DNA from: Bugula neritina
Taxonomy: Eukaryota; Animalia; Bryozoa
Length of the DNA: 64,000 bases
Assembly (NCBI GenBank): GCA_964035545.1
Contig: OZ037772.1
Location: forward strand, 6,308,889 to 6,372,888
Reading direction: 5' to 3'
The notes beneath the pieces are model-generated. The model had not been told where the DNA came from and did no database searches. It saw only the letters and a program-made list of their open reading frames with translations. Shown piece by piece: positions 40,732 through 55,600 of the stretch (position 1 is its first letter; the number at the start of each line of letters is the position of its first letter). The translations under genes and the position numbers were made by a program.

Positions 40732-43700
40732 ACACTTGAATCCAGTGTGGCCGGCTCATATTTGAAGAGATCTTAGATTATGCAGTTGTAACAGCTTGCT
40801 GCCTTTCTAGTTTTTATACTGTAGGTCAACATCATTTTTATTATTTCCGTATAATGACAATGCAAATGTGTGGTAAAATATTTCATCAATTTATTATGTT
40901 AGTAAACCAACATTTGTTGTTTTGTTTGCTTGCAAAGAAATTATAGTTTTTGGAAAAGTCAAATATCATAATTACGTTTGCTTTACATTTTCTGACAAGG
41001 TTTAGAAAAGAATTCTACAATCGCAGACATGAAGGTAGTTTGTTATGAAAGTTACAAATGTCTCATTGTAAAATTACAAACAGAAGCAGTATCACTTGTA
41101 TGGGAAGAGCTGAATGCAACTCGGATAAAATTAGACTGCAGCATAGCCTAATCTTTTAAACTACATTCTATCCACAAGTTGATCTAAATGACACACTCCT
41201 TTGCGTACTGATGGCCATTTTAGACACTTGAATACAAAATTGGATGCAATTCATTTTTGTTTGAAGAGATCATAAAGCATTTGTGACACATTTCAGTCAT
41301 TCTAGTTTTTAATTTGTAAGTTACCATATTATGCATGGTATTTAAATGTACTAGCAATGCAGATGCCTTCTATAATTCGAATTTAATGCAAGTCTAATAG
41401 AATAAATGCTATGCAGATTTAAGTTTTAGATTTGCGTTAGCATGTGTTTGAAAATATCTTTATAAATATCAGTTTTACTAAAGTTTTCTTAAAATTTCAA
41501 TTTTAAAGCTCCTTTTGTCATATTTTTCTTATCATGACAATAAAAGAAGATTAACTCTGAACTCAATAAGGTAGAAGATCTATTTTTATTAGCATTTAAA
41601 AACCTAAACATACCAAAGCGTGAACATCATAAGATATAGGCTGAAGAAAATAAAAAAGGTAATTATATAATATGTAGATACAAATAAAATAATACAATAG
41701 GGGCACTGTGCTAATATATAGCATACGTATAATTAGGAATTTCCTTGTTGGCTAAAAGTCAATCTTCACTAACATGATAAGATTCTTGAAATTTCTCCTG
41801 AACTCACATTTTCAAAAGCATTGATGGATCACAAATTGCTTTGCACTGAAGATAAACTTGCTATCTATTATGGTTATATAATTTTGTATAATCTATCTCT
41901 ACATCAGACCCAATCACTGTTGACCTTCTTAATTTGCATTTCACTTATATAACAACCGCCTTGAAATCAAAATGCATCAGCTTTTTGAAGTTTTCCTTTT
42001 AATATAATTCTATGAAAGCAAATGAAAGAAGATTAAATCTGCACTCAACAAAATAAACGACATAATTTTATAAGCATTTTAAAGAACTAACTACCAAAGC
42101 ATGAACTTGAAAAAAACCGATTAAACAAAGATCAAATAGATAATATATAGACACAATTGAATTTACGTCATAAGATGATAGCACTATGCTGGGAACATAC
42201 ATGCATTCAGGAAGTTCCGTGTTGACTAAAAATCAATATTCACTAATTTAAGTAATATACTATATAATCAGCTGCTTGAATTTTGCATTGCGCCCCAATT
42301 TTTAAATGCATGTTTTGACCACAACTAAGTTTTACATTTTGTTTATATGCTTGTTATATTGATTGCGCATTTTTGAAAGCATCTGCAAACTTGCTATATA
42401 GAGACCGTCATTGAAAACCTATTTTCTTGGCAGGACCACAAAGGTGAAAGATAACCAAAGGAGACCAATCGGCCGATTTAAGAATAACAATCAATATCGC
42501 TTGTAGGTATCAGTATAGTTATGTTATAATTATATCAACTGCTTTTCTAAATTATTGTCTTTATGCTGTCAACTTGACTAATCCGATGCATTTTCAAAGG
42601 GCATCATGCAAGTAGTGATAAGGAAAGTTATATTTAATATTAGTAAATGAGCTTCTGCTTCAATTTGACTTTAGCAAGTTGCAGTAAAACAATAAAGGGA
42701 GTACTCGGACGAGTGAGATTAACTGAAACTCGGTACTTTTTTCAGTCAAGGTAAAAATGCGATTTGAATGTTTTAATTTTAAACCAAAGCAGAGCAGACT
42801 CTTGACTTGGCAGTTTGATTATTGACATTTTACTCAAATAAAACCAGCCTATATTGTACAATATTGGAAAGTACTCTTTATGCAAAATAATAAATACAAT
42901 TACAAACTATATTTGCTTTATACTGGTATGTGTAGTCAGCAGCTGTGGTCTCAAGGCTAGTGTGTTTGCTTAGCAAAGATGTAGTCATGGGTTTGAACCT
43001 TTGGTCATTGGTGACGTTAGAAAGAGCATTCAGTCATAATTTTTCCTGCAAGCATGTGCCTCATCTGAACAAGTCCTTAGCCTGATCTATTAAAAACCTT
43101 TTTTATTAAGGTCTCTCACAGGGATGGTGAATATAAACTTGCGTGCGTTTTTTTATAATGGTATCTATAGTGGTGTGTGGCAAGATGGTACTGATTTGTA
43201 ATGTATTACATTGTAGATTTATTTTGTACAACTACTGAGAATATAAAATAACATTGTAAAATCTAGCAACTAACCAACTCCTAACTAACTCACTTGAATA
43301 CCGAGTCCAGTGTGGCCTGCTCATATTTTAAGAGATATTGGATCATGCAGTTGTAACAGATCACTGCCTTTCTAGTTTTTAAACTGTAGGTCAACATCAT
43401 GCTTGTTGTTTCCGTATAATGACAATGCAAATGCATCGTAAAATATTTCATCAAGTAATTTATTATGTTAGTAAACCAACATTCGTTGTTTTGTTTGCTT
43501 GCAAACAAATTACAGTTTTTTGTACAAGTCAAATATCAAAGTTATGTTTGCTTTACATTTTCGACAAGGTTTTGGAAATAATTCTACGACCACAGACATG
43601 AAAGTAGTTCGTTATGAAAGTTACAAATGTCTAATTGAAAAATTACAAACACAAGCAGTATCACTTGTATGGGAAAAAGGTGAATGCAACTCGGATACAG

Positions 43701-45996
43701 TTAGACTGCAGCATAGCCTAATATTTTGAACTACATCCTATCCACAAGCTATCTAAGTGACACATCCTTTTGCGTACTGATGGCCACTTTAGACACTTGA
43801 ATACAAAATTGGATGCAATTCATTTCTGTTTGAAGAGATCATAGAGTATTTGTACAAACACTTTGGTCATTCTAGTTTTTAATTTGTAGGTCACCATTAT
43901 GCTTGGTAGAATTTAAGTGTACTAGCAATGCAGATACATGTTATAATTTGAATTTTAGGTCGAAAAAATAAATGCTATGCAGATTTCAGTTTTAGACTTG
44001 CGTTGGCATGTGTTTGAAAATTTCTTTATAAATATCAGTTTTACTAAAGTTATTATCTTAGAATTTTAATTTTAAAGCTCTTTTTGTCATATTTTTCTTA
44101 TCATGACAATAAAAGAAGATTAACTCTGAACTCAATAAGGTGGAAGATGTGTTTTTATTAGCATTTAAAAACCTAAATATACCAAATCGTGAACATCATA
44201 AGATATAGGCTGAAAAAAAAATCACAAAAGGTAATTATTTAATATGTAGATACAAATGAATTGATACAAAAGAGGCACTGTGCTAATATAGCATACTATA
44301 TAGTTAGAAAGTTCCTTGTTGGCTGAAAGTCAATCTTCACTAACATAATTAGCTTCTTGAAATTTCTATTGAACTCACATTAATTCAAAAGCATTTATAG
44401 ATCACAAATTTGCTTTGCACTAAGGATATATTTGCTATCTATTATGGTTATATAATTCTGTATAATCAATCTCTACATCAGACCCAATCACTGTTGACTT
44501 TCTTAATTTGCATTTCACTTATATAGCAATCGACTGGAAATCAAAATGCTGAAGTTTTCCTTGTAATCTATTTCTATGCATGCAAATGAAAGAAGATTAA
44601 GTTTGCACTCAATAAAAAACGACATGATTTTATAAGCATTTGAAAGAACTAAGTACCAACCCATAAACTTGAAAAAAATTGATTAAACAAAGATCAAATA
44701 GATAATATATAGACACAATTGAATTTGCGTCATAAAATGATAGCACTATGCTGTGAACATACAAACATTCAGGAAGTTCCGTGTTGACTAAAAATCAATA
44801 TTCACTAATTTAAGTAATATACCATATAATCAGCTGCCTAAATTTGGTGTTGAGCCCCTACTTTCAAATGCACGTTTAGACCGCAAATACATTAAGAATT
44901 TTGTTTATATGCTTTTGGTTTTGATTGCGCAGTTTTAAAAGCATCTGCAAACTTAGACATTTTCATTGAAAACATATTCACTTTGCAGGACCACGGCGGT
45001 GAAAGGTCACCGAATGTGCATGAACAATCAACCAATTTTAGAATAACAATTATTGGGAAGGATTATTTCTTGTAGATATCGGTATTTATGTTATAATTAT
45101 ATTGGCTGCTTTTCCCAATTATTGCTTTTAGGCTGTCAACTTACCTAACTAATTCGTTACATTTTTAAAGGACATCAAGTAGCGATTAGGAAGTGAGTTT
45201 CTACCTTAATATAATTTTAAAAATTTGTAGAACATTCTATAGTGATATAAAGGTATTTGGACAAGTGAGATTAATTGAAACTCGGGACTTTTTTCAGATG
45301 AGGTATAAATGCGACTTCAATATTTTAATTTTCTAAATCAAAGCAGAGCAAACTCTTGACTTGGCAGTTTGATAATTGACATTTCACTCAAATAAAACAA
45401 GACTACATTGTACAATCTTGTAAAGTACTTTTATACAGGATATATAATAGATACAATAACCAACTATGCTTGTGTTATAATGGTATGTGTAGAACGCAGC
45501 TGTGGTCTAGTGGCTACTGGCTAGTGCGTTTATTTAGTGAACACGAAGTCATGGGTTCAAAAAATTGGTCATGGGTGATGTTAAGAGGAGCATCCAGTCA
45601 AAATTGCTCCTGAATGCATGTGCCTTATTTGAATAAAGGCCTCGTCGATTGTGATTTTTTGTCCATCGTCATCATTGTGTACACCCAACGATTATGAATT
45701 TGTTTGAATTCCCTCAAATAAATTTTGGTGTCAAATAGGAGATTTCGTGTTATTCTCACTATCGTGAGGCCAGGCCTTAACTGTCCTTAGCCTGATGCAC
45801 CAAAAACTTTCTTATCAGGGTTTCTCACAGGGATGGTGACTATAAACTTGTTTGAGTTTCTCATAATGCAGTCTCTGTAATGGTGTGTGACAAAATGGTA
45901 CTGACTTGTAATACTTTGCATTGTGGATTTATTTGGTGCAATTACCTACTGAGAATATAAAATGATAACACTGTGGAATCTAGACACTAACTAACT
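40732..45996 (+). repeat. Tandem duplication of a ~2.6-kb non-coding unit (40732-43290, 43291-~45996), mirrored at ~53520-58796
   Basis: Both units start cacttgaa..tccagtgtggcc.gctcatattt and end with SINE plus ..ctaactaact. Confidence 0.88.
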
Positions 45997-46915
45997 TTTT
46001 AGTTTAATAACTACACAGGCATTATATATAAATTCTGACTTTAACAATAATAAGGAAATGCATGCTGCACATAGAAATCATTGATCTACTAACTATAGAG
46101 CTATAGTAAGATCTGAACTCTATTTGCCAATATAACAATTTGCAACAAGTCTATGCATTTAGCTGTGGAAGTATATAAGGAGTATACCTATATAATTATA
46201 CTATATATATTAGTTGAGTTATATTTTCAAGTCAATCATAAATTAACGCTTTCTAATTTTAAAATTTGCCCACAGGACTAAATCTAACATGTATTGCTAT
46301 ATAATATTCGGCACACATGGTAATTGTAATAAACAAGGAATGCTGTAGCAAAAGAGATAAAAAACATTCCGACAGTTGATTTTATTCAGTTTTATTACAA
46401 GCAAACAAAACATTTTTATTGAATGAGTGAACCAGATGATTCAATGTACTGATGTATACATCCACACAAACAGGTTCTATTTATATCCCACAGATTGCGG
46501 TTTCCTAGGAGAAGATAACTCTTGAGACTAGTAATTATGCCGATGCTCTCTTTTCAATTATTATTCAAGTTAGACAGTGCTGTCATGTAACAACTCATAA
46601 ATCATATAACATGATATATATATATAAAATATCTCCCAGCACATAGAGTTGGCTATAAACTAGTCTATTAGAGTTGAGTCCAGTTGATTATCATAAACTA
46701 TTATAAGCAGTTGTTCAGCTAGATGCATTGGCATTGCTTTACAGAAAACATATTTATAATTATTATGTTTGTACAGTATATACTAAAATATTTAATATAG
46801 CAAATATAAATACAAAAAGTCACATATTTTAGTGCAATGTATTGTTATTGATTTGTTTTTTTAAATAGATTATGCATGCAGTTTAAAGATAGCAATAGCA
46901 TTGATGATGTTTCAG

Positions 46916-48501
46916 TTCGCTCTCGTCTTGAATGTATGACTCACTGCGATGATCTCCACAACAAGTGTCTGTCTGGCGTCTTTGAGTCAGCAAACAGAAT
47001 TTGTAGACTATTCAATGAACCTTTAGTAAAGCTGATAGAAGGAGACTGAGAAGAGATGGTTTACTTTATGAAGATATCTGCGATGACTAGTAAATATATA
47101 ACTATCTGTAAATAAAACTCAAACATCACTTATGATACAAATATATAACTCCAACATAAATCTAATGTACAAGCAAATTTTTTTTTATATGATTCTAATA
47201 AAAAAGCTTTATAACTGGTAGAATATCAGTGTTTAATAAAAAAATATTGGCAATTAAACTGAAAAATAAATGGGTGGGGCAATAGTTTAGTGCTCCTGCT
47301 AATATTACCAATTATTTGTTTTAGGAGAGAAAGTTTTACCAAATGAAACATTTTCTGATTTGACAACATATTACCAACAGAGAATCACTTCTAGTCATGA
47401 GTTTTGTCTGTCTCTCTGTTTCTGTAACAAGTCATGTGTTGCTGTGTCATATGACAAGAATACATCAACCTGCTTCCTGTCTGATAAACCAGAAGCGATA
47501 ATTAACACAGAGCAGACTAGTAGACTGTGTTCTGTTAACAATATCTACTCAGAAGAGTTGATTGTCTATGGCCTTTCTACCAATCTTACCAAGGGTAAGG
47601 GCGATTATCTGTAAATATTTTTACAATATACGAACTCTATAATCAATTGACGGCCAAAAGTTAATTATGTTTGGCAATGAATTAAATAAAACTGGCTGGA
47701 TATCTTCCAAATTTTTTAGGCCGGAAAACCTTCTTTTAAAATTTTTCTATGATCAAACTAATTGTCCAAAATATTGCAGTCTGACTATAATTTATACATC
47801 ATCTGCATAAATTCTAGATGCAGTAGTGAGCATGAGCAGTGTGTTGGGATATCCAAGTTTCGCAGGGTTCAAGGCAGTTGATGGAATTTACCTCCCTTCA
47901 GATTCTGGGTTGGAAGAGCTTGCAAGTTTGGCACAGAGCCAAAAAGAGCTGTCTCCATAGATACAAGTGGATCTGACCACCAACCACTATGTTGAAGGTG
48001 TCAAGATATGGAACAGATCAGAGAACCCAAATCACAGTGAGTCAATAAAAGCATTTTCTCAGGTGTGTTTGCTGTTCTAGGATTTGTCTATATCTTACTG
48101 TGAAAACGCATTTCATGCAGACAATTTGATTTGCAGTTTAAATATGACATTGCTATGAAGATTGTCAATTTCTTATTTTCAAATAATTTCATATTCCTTT
48201 TTATTAGCTTATCTCTACTTTTTCATTGATATCTGTTTATATCATAGCCCCCAGCACCAGACTAGCTAATGTGAGAATAACAGTTGGTGAAACTGACACT
48301 AACTTTGATGATCCAGTAGAAAATGAGATATGTGACTACCTTCCTGGACAACCACCTGCAGATATATTTCTGGTTACATGTCGTACTAGAATGTATGGTA
48401 GATACGTGAGAGTAACAGCTGTTGAAGTGAATGACTATTTTAATATTTATGAGCTTGAAATCCATGGGTTAGAAATTGTTGAACAGCCTGCTAACAACTA
48501 G
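46916..48501 (+). pseudogene. PAN-PAN-F-type lectin gene copy P3 (exons 46916-47089, 47325-47594, 47818-48036, 48248-48501)
   Basis: Same domains and intron phases as P2; premature TGA at 47047-47049 and TAG at 47958-47960 (the W of the PW motif); no P2-type signal exon found upstream. Confidence 0.87.
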
Positions 48502-48609
48502 TGTGATGCAATCTTACTTGCCAAAAACCTGGCCTACTACCATATGTCTGCATGTGTGTGTGTCTTCATGTTTGTGTCGGTGTTTGTGTGCGTGTTTGTC
48601 TGCGTGTTG

Positions 48610-48641
<32 letters not shown>

Positions 48642-49608
48642 TTGCGCTAGTGTTTTTTGTGCATCTGCTGTCTCAAAGGAAATTATATGTGGTTATTTAA
48701 TGCTCGAATTCGATTGGTCTATTTCTGCTGACCGTATGAAATCAGTGACTTTTGTATAACAAATTGTTTGGCTGTAGTTAGCTACTTACGTAGATTAATT
48801 TATTAAAGGTCTGTTCATGGTTTCACTTTACAATAGAAACAGTGGTGGATATAAACAGCGTATATATGCTTATTTGACTAATTTCAACAGCTGTTTGTAT
48901 TTATATATAATTAACTAACTCAAGCAAGTTTAGAGTCGCCATTCCTGTAAATCGGGCTAAGAACTCATCCAGTTGGGGCGCAAGAGCTCAATTATGACTG
49001 GATGCTCTTCCTAACATACCCAATGACCTTTGTCGGCTCAAACCCATAACTTTGCGCCTAACTACTATAAGGCTTACTAAACGCCCTATAGGTCCCTATA
49101 AGACCACGACTGCCCTCTACTTAAAGATTTATTGATCCATAGTCTTTTTCAAGAAATACAAATAAATACATAGCAAAACACTGTTCCTGGGTTTGTGAAG
49201 GTTGTCAGAATGTAAGAGTTAAATATTACTGTTTCATTTACAAAACGTGTCAGCCCGCTTTATGTACAACTAAATAATTTATTAGAGGCTTGATGCATCT
49301 GAATAAAAACTTGTGAAGGGATTGATTTGCTATTATGTTCAGTTATAATTTATTGATATTCAGCTGTAATTTATTGATATGTTGTATATCACATAAGCAT
49401 ATAGTTTAGGCATCCATATGTATTTGTTCCGATTATGATGTTGCATCACTTAGGTTTTCATTTATATATACTAAAATATACAACACTTTCTGTTATAAAA
49501 GTTTTCTAACTATCAAATACATACTGTAAGACACTGATGCATTTTTAGAGCTATATAAAAGTTCAGTCTAAACAGAAAGAAGCTGACATTAGCGATAGTT
49601 TATCTTTT

Positions 49609-49710
49609 GCTGCTGTGTCATATGACAAAAACACAACTGCCTGTTTCTTGACTTATGAATCAATGGTTTTGATCAACACAGAGTAGAGTATTTATAGGCT
49701 GTGCTCTGTA
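49609..49710 (+). pseudogene. Degenerate fragment of the second PAN exon
   Basis: Reads AAVSYDKNTTACFLTYESMVLINTE*..RLCS versus VAVSYDKNTSTCFLSDKPEVIINTEQTSRLCS in P2. Confidence 0.7.
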
Positions 49711-50330
49711 TTAGTAAAATATTTTGTTAAAAGTTTGATACCGTCTCTAACAGCGTCTATCATTTATGCTAAATTATGTCACCGCTATGCTTTGCAGAAA
49801 AAGTTTTATAAATTAAGCTTCATTCATTATTCATTAGTCACATAGAACAAACCATTCAAGGGAGCAGCCGTAGTCTAGAGATTATAGCATTTGCCTAATA
49901 TAAACGCAAAGTCATGGGTTTGAACCCCAACAAAGGTAATTGGTGATGTTAGGAAGAGCATCTAGTTATAATTGGGTCAATGTGTCATCTAAACAATTCC
50001 TTATAGCATGGTTTAACAAAAGACCTTTTTATCAAGGTTTTTCACAGGGATATGTGACTATAAACTTACACGAGTTTTTTTTATAGCATGAACTATTCAA
50101 TATATTCAGATTTTGAGTAAATCATTATTATTATGCTATATATAAAAATCATTATATATGACAAAAAGGCTTCTAAAATATTACTTTGTTAAAAAAACAT
50201 AACTTTATCTGTCATCAAAAATTTTGTGTGATAATCAACAGTTTTACAATATTGTGTTGCCGTATAACTTCTGCTTGTCTCGGGCCATTTTTTTGTTACT
50301 TTAGCAACAACTTTCTATTTGCATTGTTTT

Positions 50331-50333
<3 letters not shown>

Positions 50334-50390
<57 letters not shown>
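50334..50390. repeat. (TA)n microsatellite
   Basis: Directly visible. Confidence 0.97.
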
Positions 50391-50391
<1 letters not shown>

Positions 50392-51256
50392 TTTCTCATT
50401 TTCTATTGTTATGGGCAAAATGGCTGCATACCAACACTAAGAGATTTGCCTAATGCACAAAGATATAATTTTTTAAAAAAAAATTATTTTTGTAATCTTG
50501 AAGAATTAGCGAAGACTTTCTACGTGATATAATAACTTATATTTTTTCATAAAAACGGAAAGGAAAGCTAAAGACATGCGTTAGTTGATATAAAGGAAAC
50601 ATAAAGCATGAGGAGTAAAAAAGCAAAGATATAAAAGTGAATATTCCAATCAGTGAAGAAATTGAATTTTAAGATGATAAATTTTACAAGTAAACATATA
50701 AAATAATGCAACATAAAGTATTCAGTTTAAGGTTGTAGTATTCGACAACATATGAACAATCAGTATAATCAATCTCAAGCAAATAAATGGCCTTGAGAAA
50801 ATCACATCAATTTCTTGAACAAAATTTATAGTCATGCGTTGTTGATTGATTTAGGAGAACAGATCATTATAATTATTATAGTTGGCTTTATTTGATAAAA
50901 AAGTTAATTTACTACTAAATATGCTAATGAAATTAAAGTATGTCTATAACTTAAATGTGCTCCCTGTACAGCTGCAATTTCAGTCAAAGACATTCATAAC
51001 ATGCCTAAACCAGGACTTGAATTCGTAGCAATATTTGGCTATTTGCTGAATGTGTGCGTGTGTGTGCGTGTGTGTGCGTGCGTGCGTGTAATCATGTGTA
51101 ATCATGTAAATAATTGTCACATTGTGCTATATAAGCAAGAGTGCCCTAATTTTGTTATAATTCTCCATCAGTAGAATTACTGTTTAGCCTCTCTCTTTGT
51201 TTAAAAAGATATATATATAGCTTAACATAGTGTTGAGAACTGCCTAGAATCCTCAC

Positions 51257-51932
51257 CTCTAGCAAGATTGATAGAAGGGCCGTATACAAGCAGCTCCTCA
51301 GAGTATATCTTCTTAACAGGATACAGTCTGCTAGTCTGTTCTGTGTTGATTATCACTTCTGGTTTATCAGACAGGAAGCAGGTTGATGTATTCTTGTCAT
51401 ATGACACAGCAACACATGACTGGTTACAGGAGCAGAAAGACAGACAGAACTCATGACTAGAAGTGATTCTCTGCTGGTAGTTTGTTGTCAAATCAGAAAA
51501 TGTTTCATTTAGAAAAAATTCACCTCCTAAAACATATAATTAGTAATATTAGCAGGAGCACTAAACTATTGCTGCACCCATTTTTATTTATTATTTGCCA
51601 ATATTCTTTTATTAAACACTGATATTCTACCAGTTATAAAGCTTTTTTATTAGAATCATATAAAAAAAAATTTGTTTGTACATTAGATTTATGTTGGAGT
51701 TATATATTTGTATCATAAGTGATGTTTGAGTTTTATTTACAGATAGTTATATATTTACTAGTCATCGCAGATATCTTCATAAAGTAAACCATCTCTTCTA
51801 AGTTTCCTTCTTCCAGCTCCACTAAAGGTTCATTGAATAGTCTACAAGTTCTGTTTGCTGATTCAAAGACGCCAGACAGACACTTGTTGTGGAGATCATC
51901 GCAGTGAGTCATACATTCAAGACGAGAGCGAA
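51257..51932 (-). pseudogene. Copy P4: the two PAN exons only (51932-51759, 51526-51257), both open; F-lectin exons absent
   Basis: RSRLECMTHCDDLHNKCLSGVFESANRTCRL and FCLSFCSCNQSCVAVSYDKNTSTCFL..NLAR|gt; no exon 4 or 5 seen on the minus strand in 47600-51250. Confidence 0.78.
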
Positions 51933-52225
51933 CTGAAACATCATCAATGCTATTGCTATCTTTAAACTGCATGCATAATCTATTTAAAAAAACAAATCAA
52001 TAACAATACATTGCACTAAAATATGTGACTTTTTGTATTTATATTTGCTATATTAAATATTTTAGTATATACTGTACAAACATAATAATTATAAATATGT
52101 TTTCTGTAAAGCAATGCCAATGCATCTAGCTGAACAACTGCTTATAATAGTTTATAAATATTCAACTGGACTCAACTCTAATAAACTAGTTTATAGCCAA
52201 CTCTATGTGCTGGGAGATATATGTA

Positions 52226-52300
<75 letters not shown>

Positions 52301-52440
52301 GACAGAGTAGTAAATTTCTACTCAAGAATGCTGTAACATAGCCAATTACTTCCAATACTACCTCTTTGTTATATTTTGATCTTCTATAGCTTTATTCTGT
52401 GTATATTTACATATTACATTATTTATTGTTGTAAGCAATC

Positions 52441-52511
52441 ATAGTGGCAAATTTATCTGACGAGTGCACATCATTTTTGTGTACGAAACTACTAGTAATA
52501 AATGTCATTAT
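52441..52511 (+). ncRNA. Minimal type I hammerhead ribozyme, same family as 7595-7665, within a ~240-bp insert (52298-52540) between two (TA)n runs
   Basis: atagtggc-aa-atttat CTGACGA gtgcaca-tcatttt-tgtgtac GAAA ctactag TA ataaat-gtcattat; differences from the 7595 copy fall in the bulge, the loop, N7, or give a G-U pair. Confidence 0.88.
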
Positions 52512-52535
52512 AATAATCAAATCTCATTTTATTTC

Positions 52536-52631
<96 letters not shown>

Positions 52632-55600
52632 CTCAGTGTTTCCACATGTTATATGATTTATGAGTTATTATAAATTGTCTGTGGTGTTTTTGACATGACA
52701 GCAGTGTCTAACTTGAATATTAATTGAAAAGAGAGCATCGGCATAATTACTAGTCTCAAGAGTTATCTTCTCTACGGAAACCGCAATCTGTGAGTTATAA
52801 ATAGAAAATGGTTTTGTGGATGTATACACCAGCAGCCGAAGTTGAATCATATGGTTCACTCAATCAATGGAAATGTTTGCTTGAAATAAAACTGAATAGA
52901 ACCAATTGTCAAAATGATTTTATCTCTTTTGATACAGCATTCCTTGTTCATTACAATTACCATGTGTGCCGAATATTATATAGCAATACATGTTAGATTC
53001 AGTCCTGTAGGCAAATTTTAAAATTAGAAAGCGTTTATTTATTATTGACTTAAAAAGTATAAAATAATATCACAATAATATAGCAAAACAGTTTAATAGC
53101 TCCCATCTGCCTATATAGTCTCTGTTCCTGTGAACCCCTGATGGCAAAGTTTTTAAGTAGAATTGGAATTTTAGTTTTCATAGTGACACGTAACTAGCTA
53201 CAGGAGTGATCATGGATTCTGTTCTTTCTGGCACTACGTTCGATAGACACTCAACACCATGATTTCATACTTATAGCTCAGCCGGGCTCTAGCTTGACTA
53301 CTATATAGACTATATATAGGTATACTCCCTATATACTTCCACAGCTAAATGCATGCTTGTTGCAAATCGTTATATTTGCAAATAGAGTTCAGATTTTACT
53401 ATAGCTCTATAATTTTAGTAGATATATGACTTCTATATGTGAATCATGCATTGCCTTATTATTGGTAAAGTCAGCAACTAAATGAATGCTTGTGCACGTG
53501 TATTTACTGCTAAAAAGTTAGTTAGTGTCTAGATTCCACAGTGTTATCATTTTATATTCTCAGTAGTTATACCAAATAAATCCACAATGTAAAGTATTAC
53601 AAGTCAGTACTATCTTGTCACATATCGCGCACGTTTATAGTCCCCATGCCTGTGAGATACACTGATAAAAATTTTTTCGGTGGATCAGGCTAAGGACAAT
53701 TAATGCCTGGCCTCACGATCGTGAGAATCACACCAAATCGTCTATTTGACACAAAAAATTATTCGTACAAGAAAATTTGAGGGAATTCAAACAAAATCAT
53801 CATCGTTGGGTGTACACAATGATGACGATAGACGAAAAATCACAATCGACGAGGCTTTTATTCAGATGAGGCACATGCATGCAGGAGCAATTTTGACTGA
53901 ATGCTCTTCGTAACATCACCCATGACCAACATTTCAAACCCATGACTTCGTGTTCATTAAGTAAACGCACTAGCCAGTAGCCACTAGACCACAGCTGCTT
54001 CCTACACATACCATTATAACACAAGCATAGTTGATTATTGTATCTATTATATATTCCATATAAGAGTACTTTAAAATATCGTACAGTATAGCCTTGTTTT
54101 ATTTGAGTAAAATGTCAGTTATCAAATTGCCAAGTCAAGAGTCTGCTCTGCTTTGGTTTAGAAAATTGAAATATTGAAGTCACTTTTATACCTCATCTGA
54201 AAAAAGTACCGAGTTTCAGTTGATCTCACTTGTACAAATACCTCTCTATATCACTATAGAATGTTCTACAAATTTTTTAAAATTATAATAATGTAGAAAC
54301 TCACTTCCTAATCGCTACTTAATGTGCTTTAAAAATGTAACAAATTAGTTAGGTAAGTTGACAGCCTAAGAGTTAGGTATAATTGGGAAAAGCAGCCAAT
54401 ACAATTATAACACAAATACCGATATCTACAAGAAAATATCCTTCCCAATAATTGTTATTCTAAAATTGGCTGATTGCTCATGCACCTTTGGTTACTTTTC
54501 ACCGCCGTGGTCCTGCAAAGTGAATATGTTTTCAATGAAAGTGTCTAAACTTGCAAATGCTTTTAAAACTGCGCAATCAAAACAACAAGCATATAAACAA
54601 AATCCTTAACGTATTTTTGGTCTAAACATGCATTTAAAAATATGGACGCGATGCATAATTTAAGCAGCTGATTATATATTATATTACTTATATTAGTGAA
54701 TATTGATTTTTAGTCAACACGGAACTTCCTGAATGCATGCATGTTTACAGCATAGTGCTATCATTTTATGACGTAAATTCAATTGTGTCTATATATTATC
54801 TATTTGATCTTTGTTTAATCAATTTTTTTCAAGTTCATGCGTTGGTATTTAGTTCTTTCAAATGCTTATAAAATTATGTCGTTTAATTTGTTGAGTGCAG
54901 ATTTAATCTTCTTTCATTTGCTTTCATAGAACTATATTAAAAGAAAACTTGAAAATGCTGCAGCATTTTGATTTCAAAGCGATTGTTATATAACTGAAAT
55001 GGAAATTAAGAAAGTCAACAGTGATTGGGTCTGACGTAAAAATATAGATTATACAGAATCTTTAGTGCAAAGCAAATTTGTGATCTATAAATGCTTTTGA
55101 GAATGTGAGTTCAGTAGAAATTCCAAGAATCTTATTGTGTTGGTAAAGATTGACCTTTAGTCAACAAAGAAATTCCTAACTATACGTATGCTATATATTA
55201 GCACAGTGCCCCTTTTGTATTAATTCATTTGTATCTACATATTATATAATTACCTTTTTGATTTTTTTCAGCCTATATCTTATGATGTTTACGCTTTGGT
55301 ATATTTAGGTTTTTAAATGCTAATAAAAACACATCTTCTACCTTATTGAGTTCAGAGTTAATCTTCTTTTATTGTCATGATAAGAAAAATATGACAAAAG
55401 GAGCTTTAAAATTAAAATTTTAAGATAACTTTAGTAAAACTGATATTTATAAAGAAATTTTCAAACACATGCCAACGCAAGTCTAAAACCTAAATCTGCA
55501 TAGCATTCATTCTATTAGACTTGCATCAAATTCAAATTATAAAATGCATCTGCATTGTTATTACATTTAAATACCAAGCATAATATGGTAACTTACAAAT

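Noticed and set aside
46494-46568. Candidate upstream exon for P3/P4 (cccacag|attgcggtttcc..caa|gttaga; mirror ~52712-52786)
   Set aside because: Contains a stop in P3, has no signal peptide, its phase does not fit the phase-1 acceptor, and similarity between arms is expected from the duplication.
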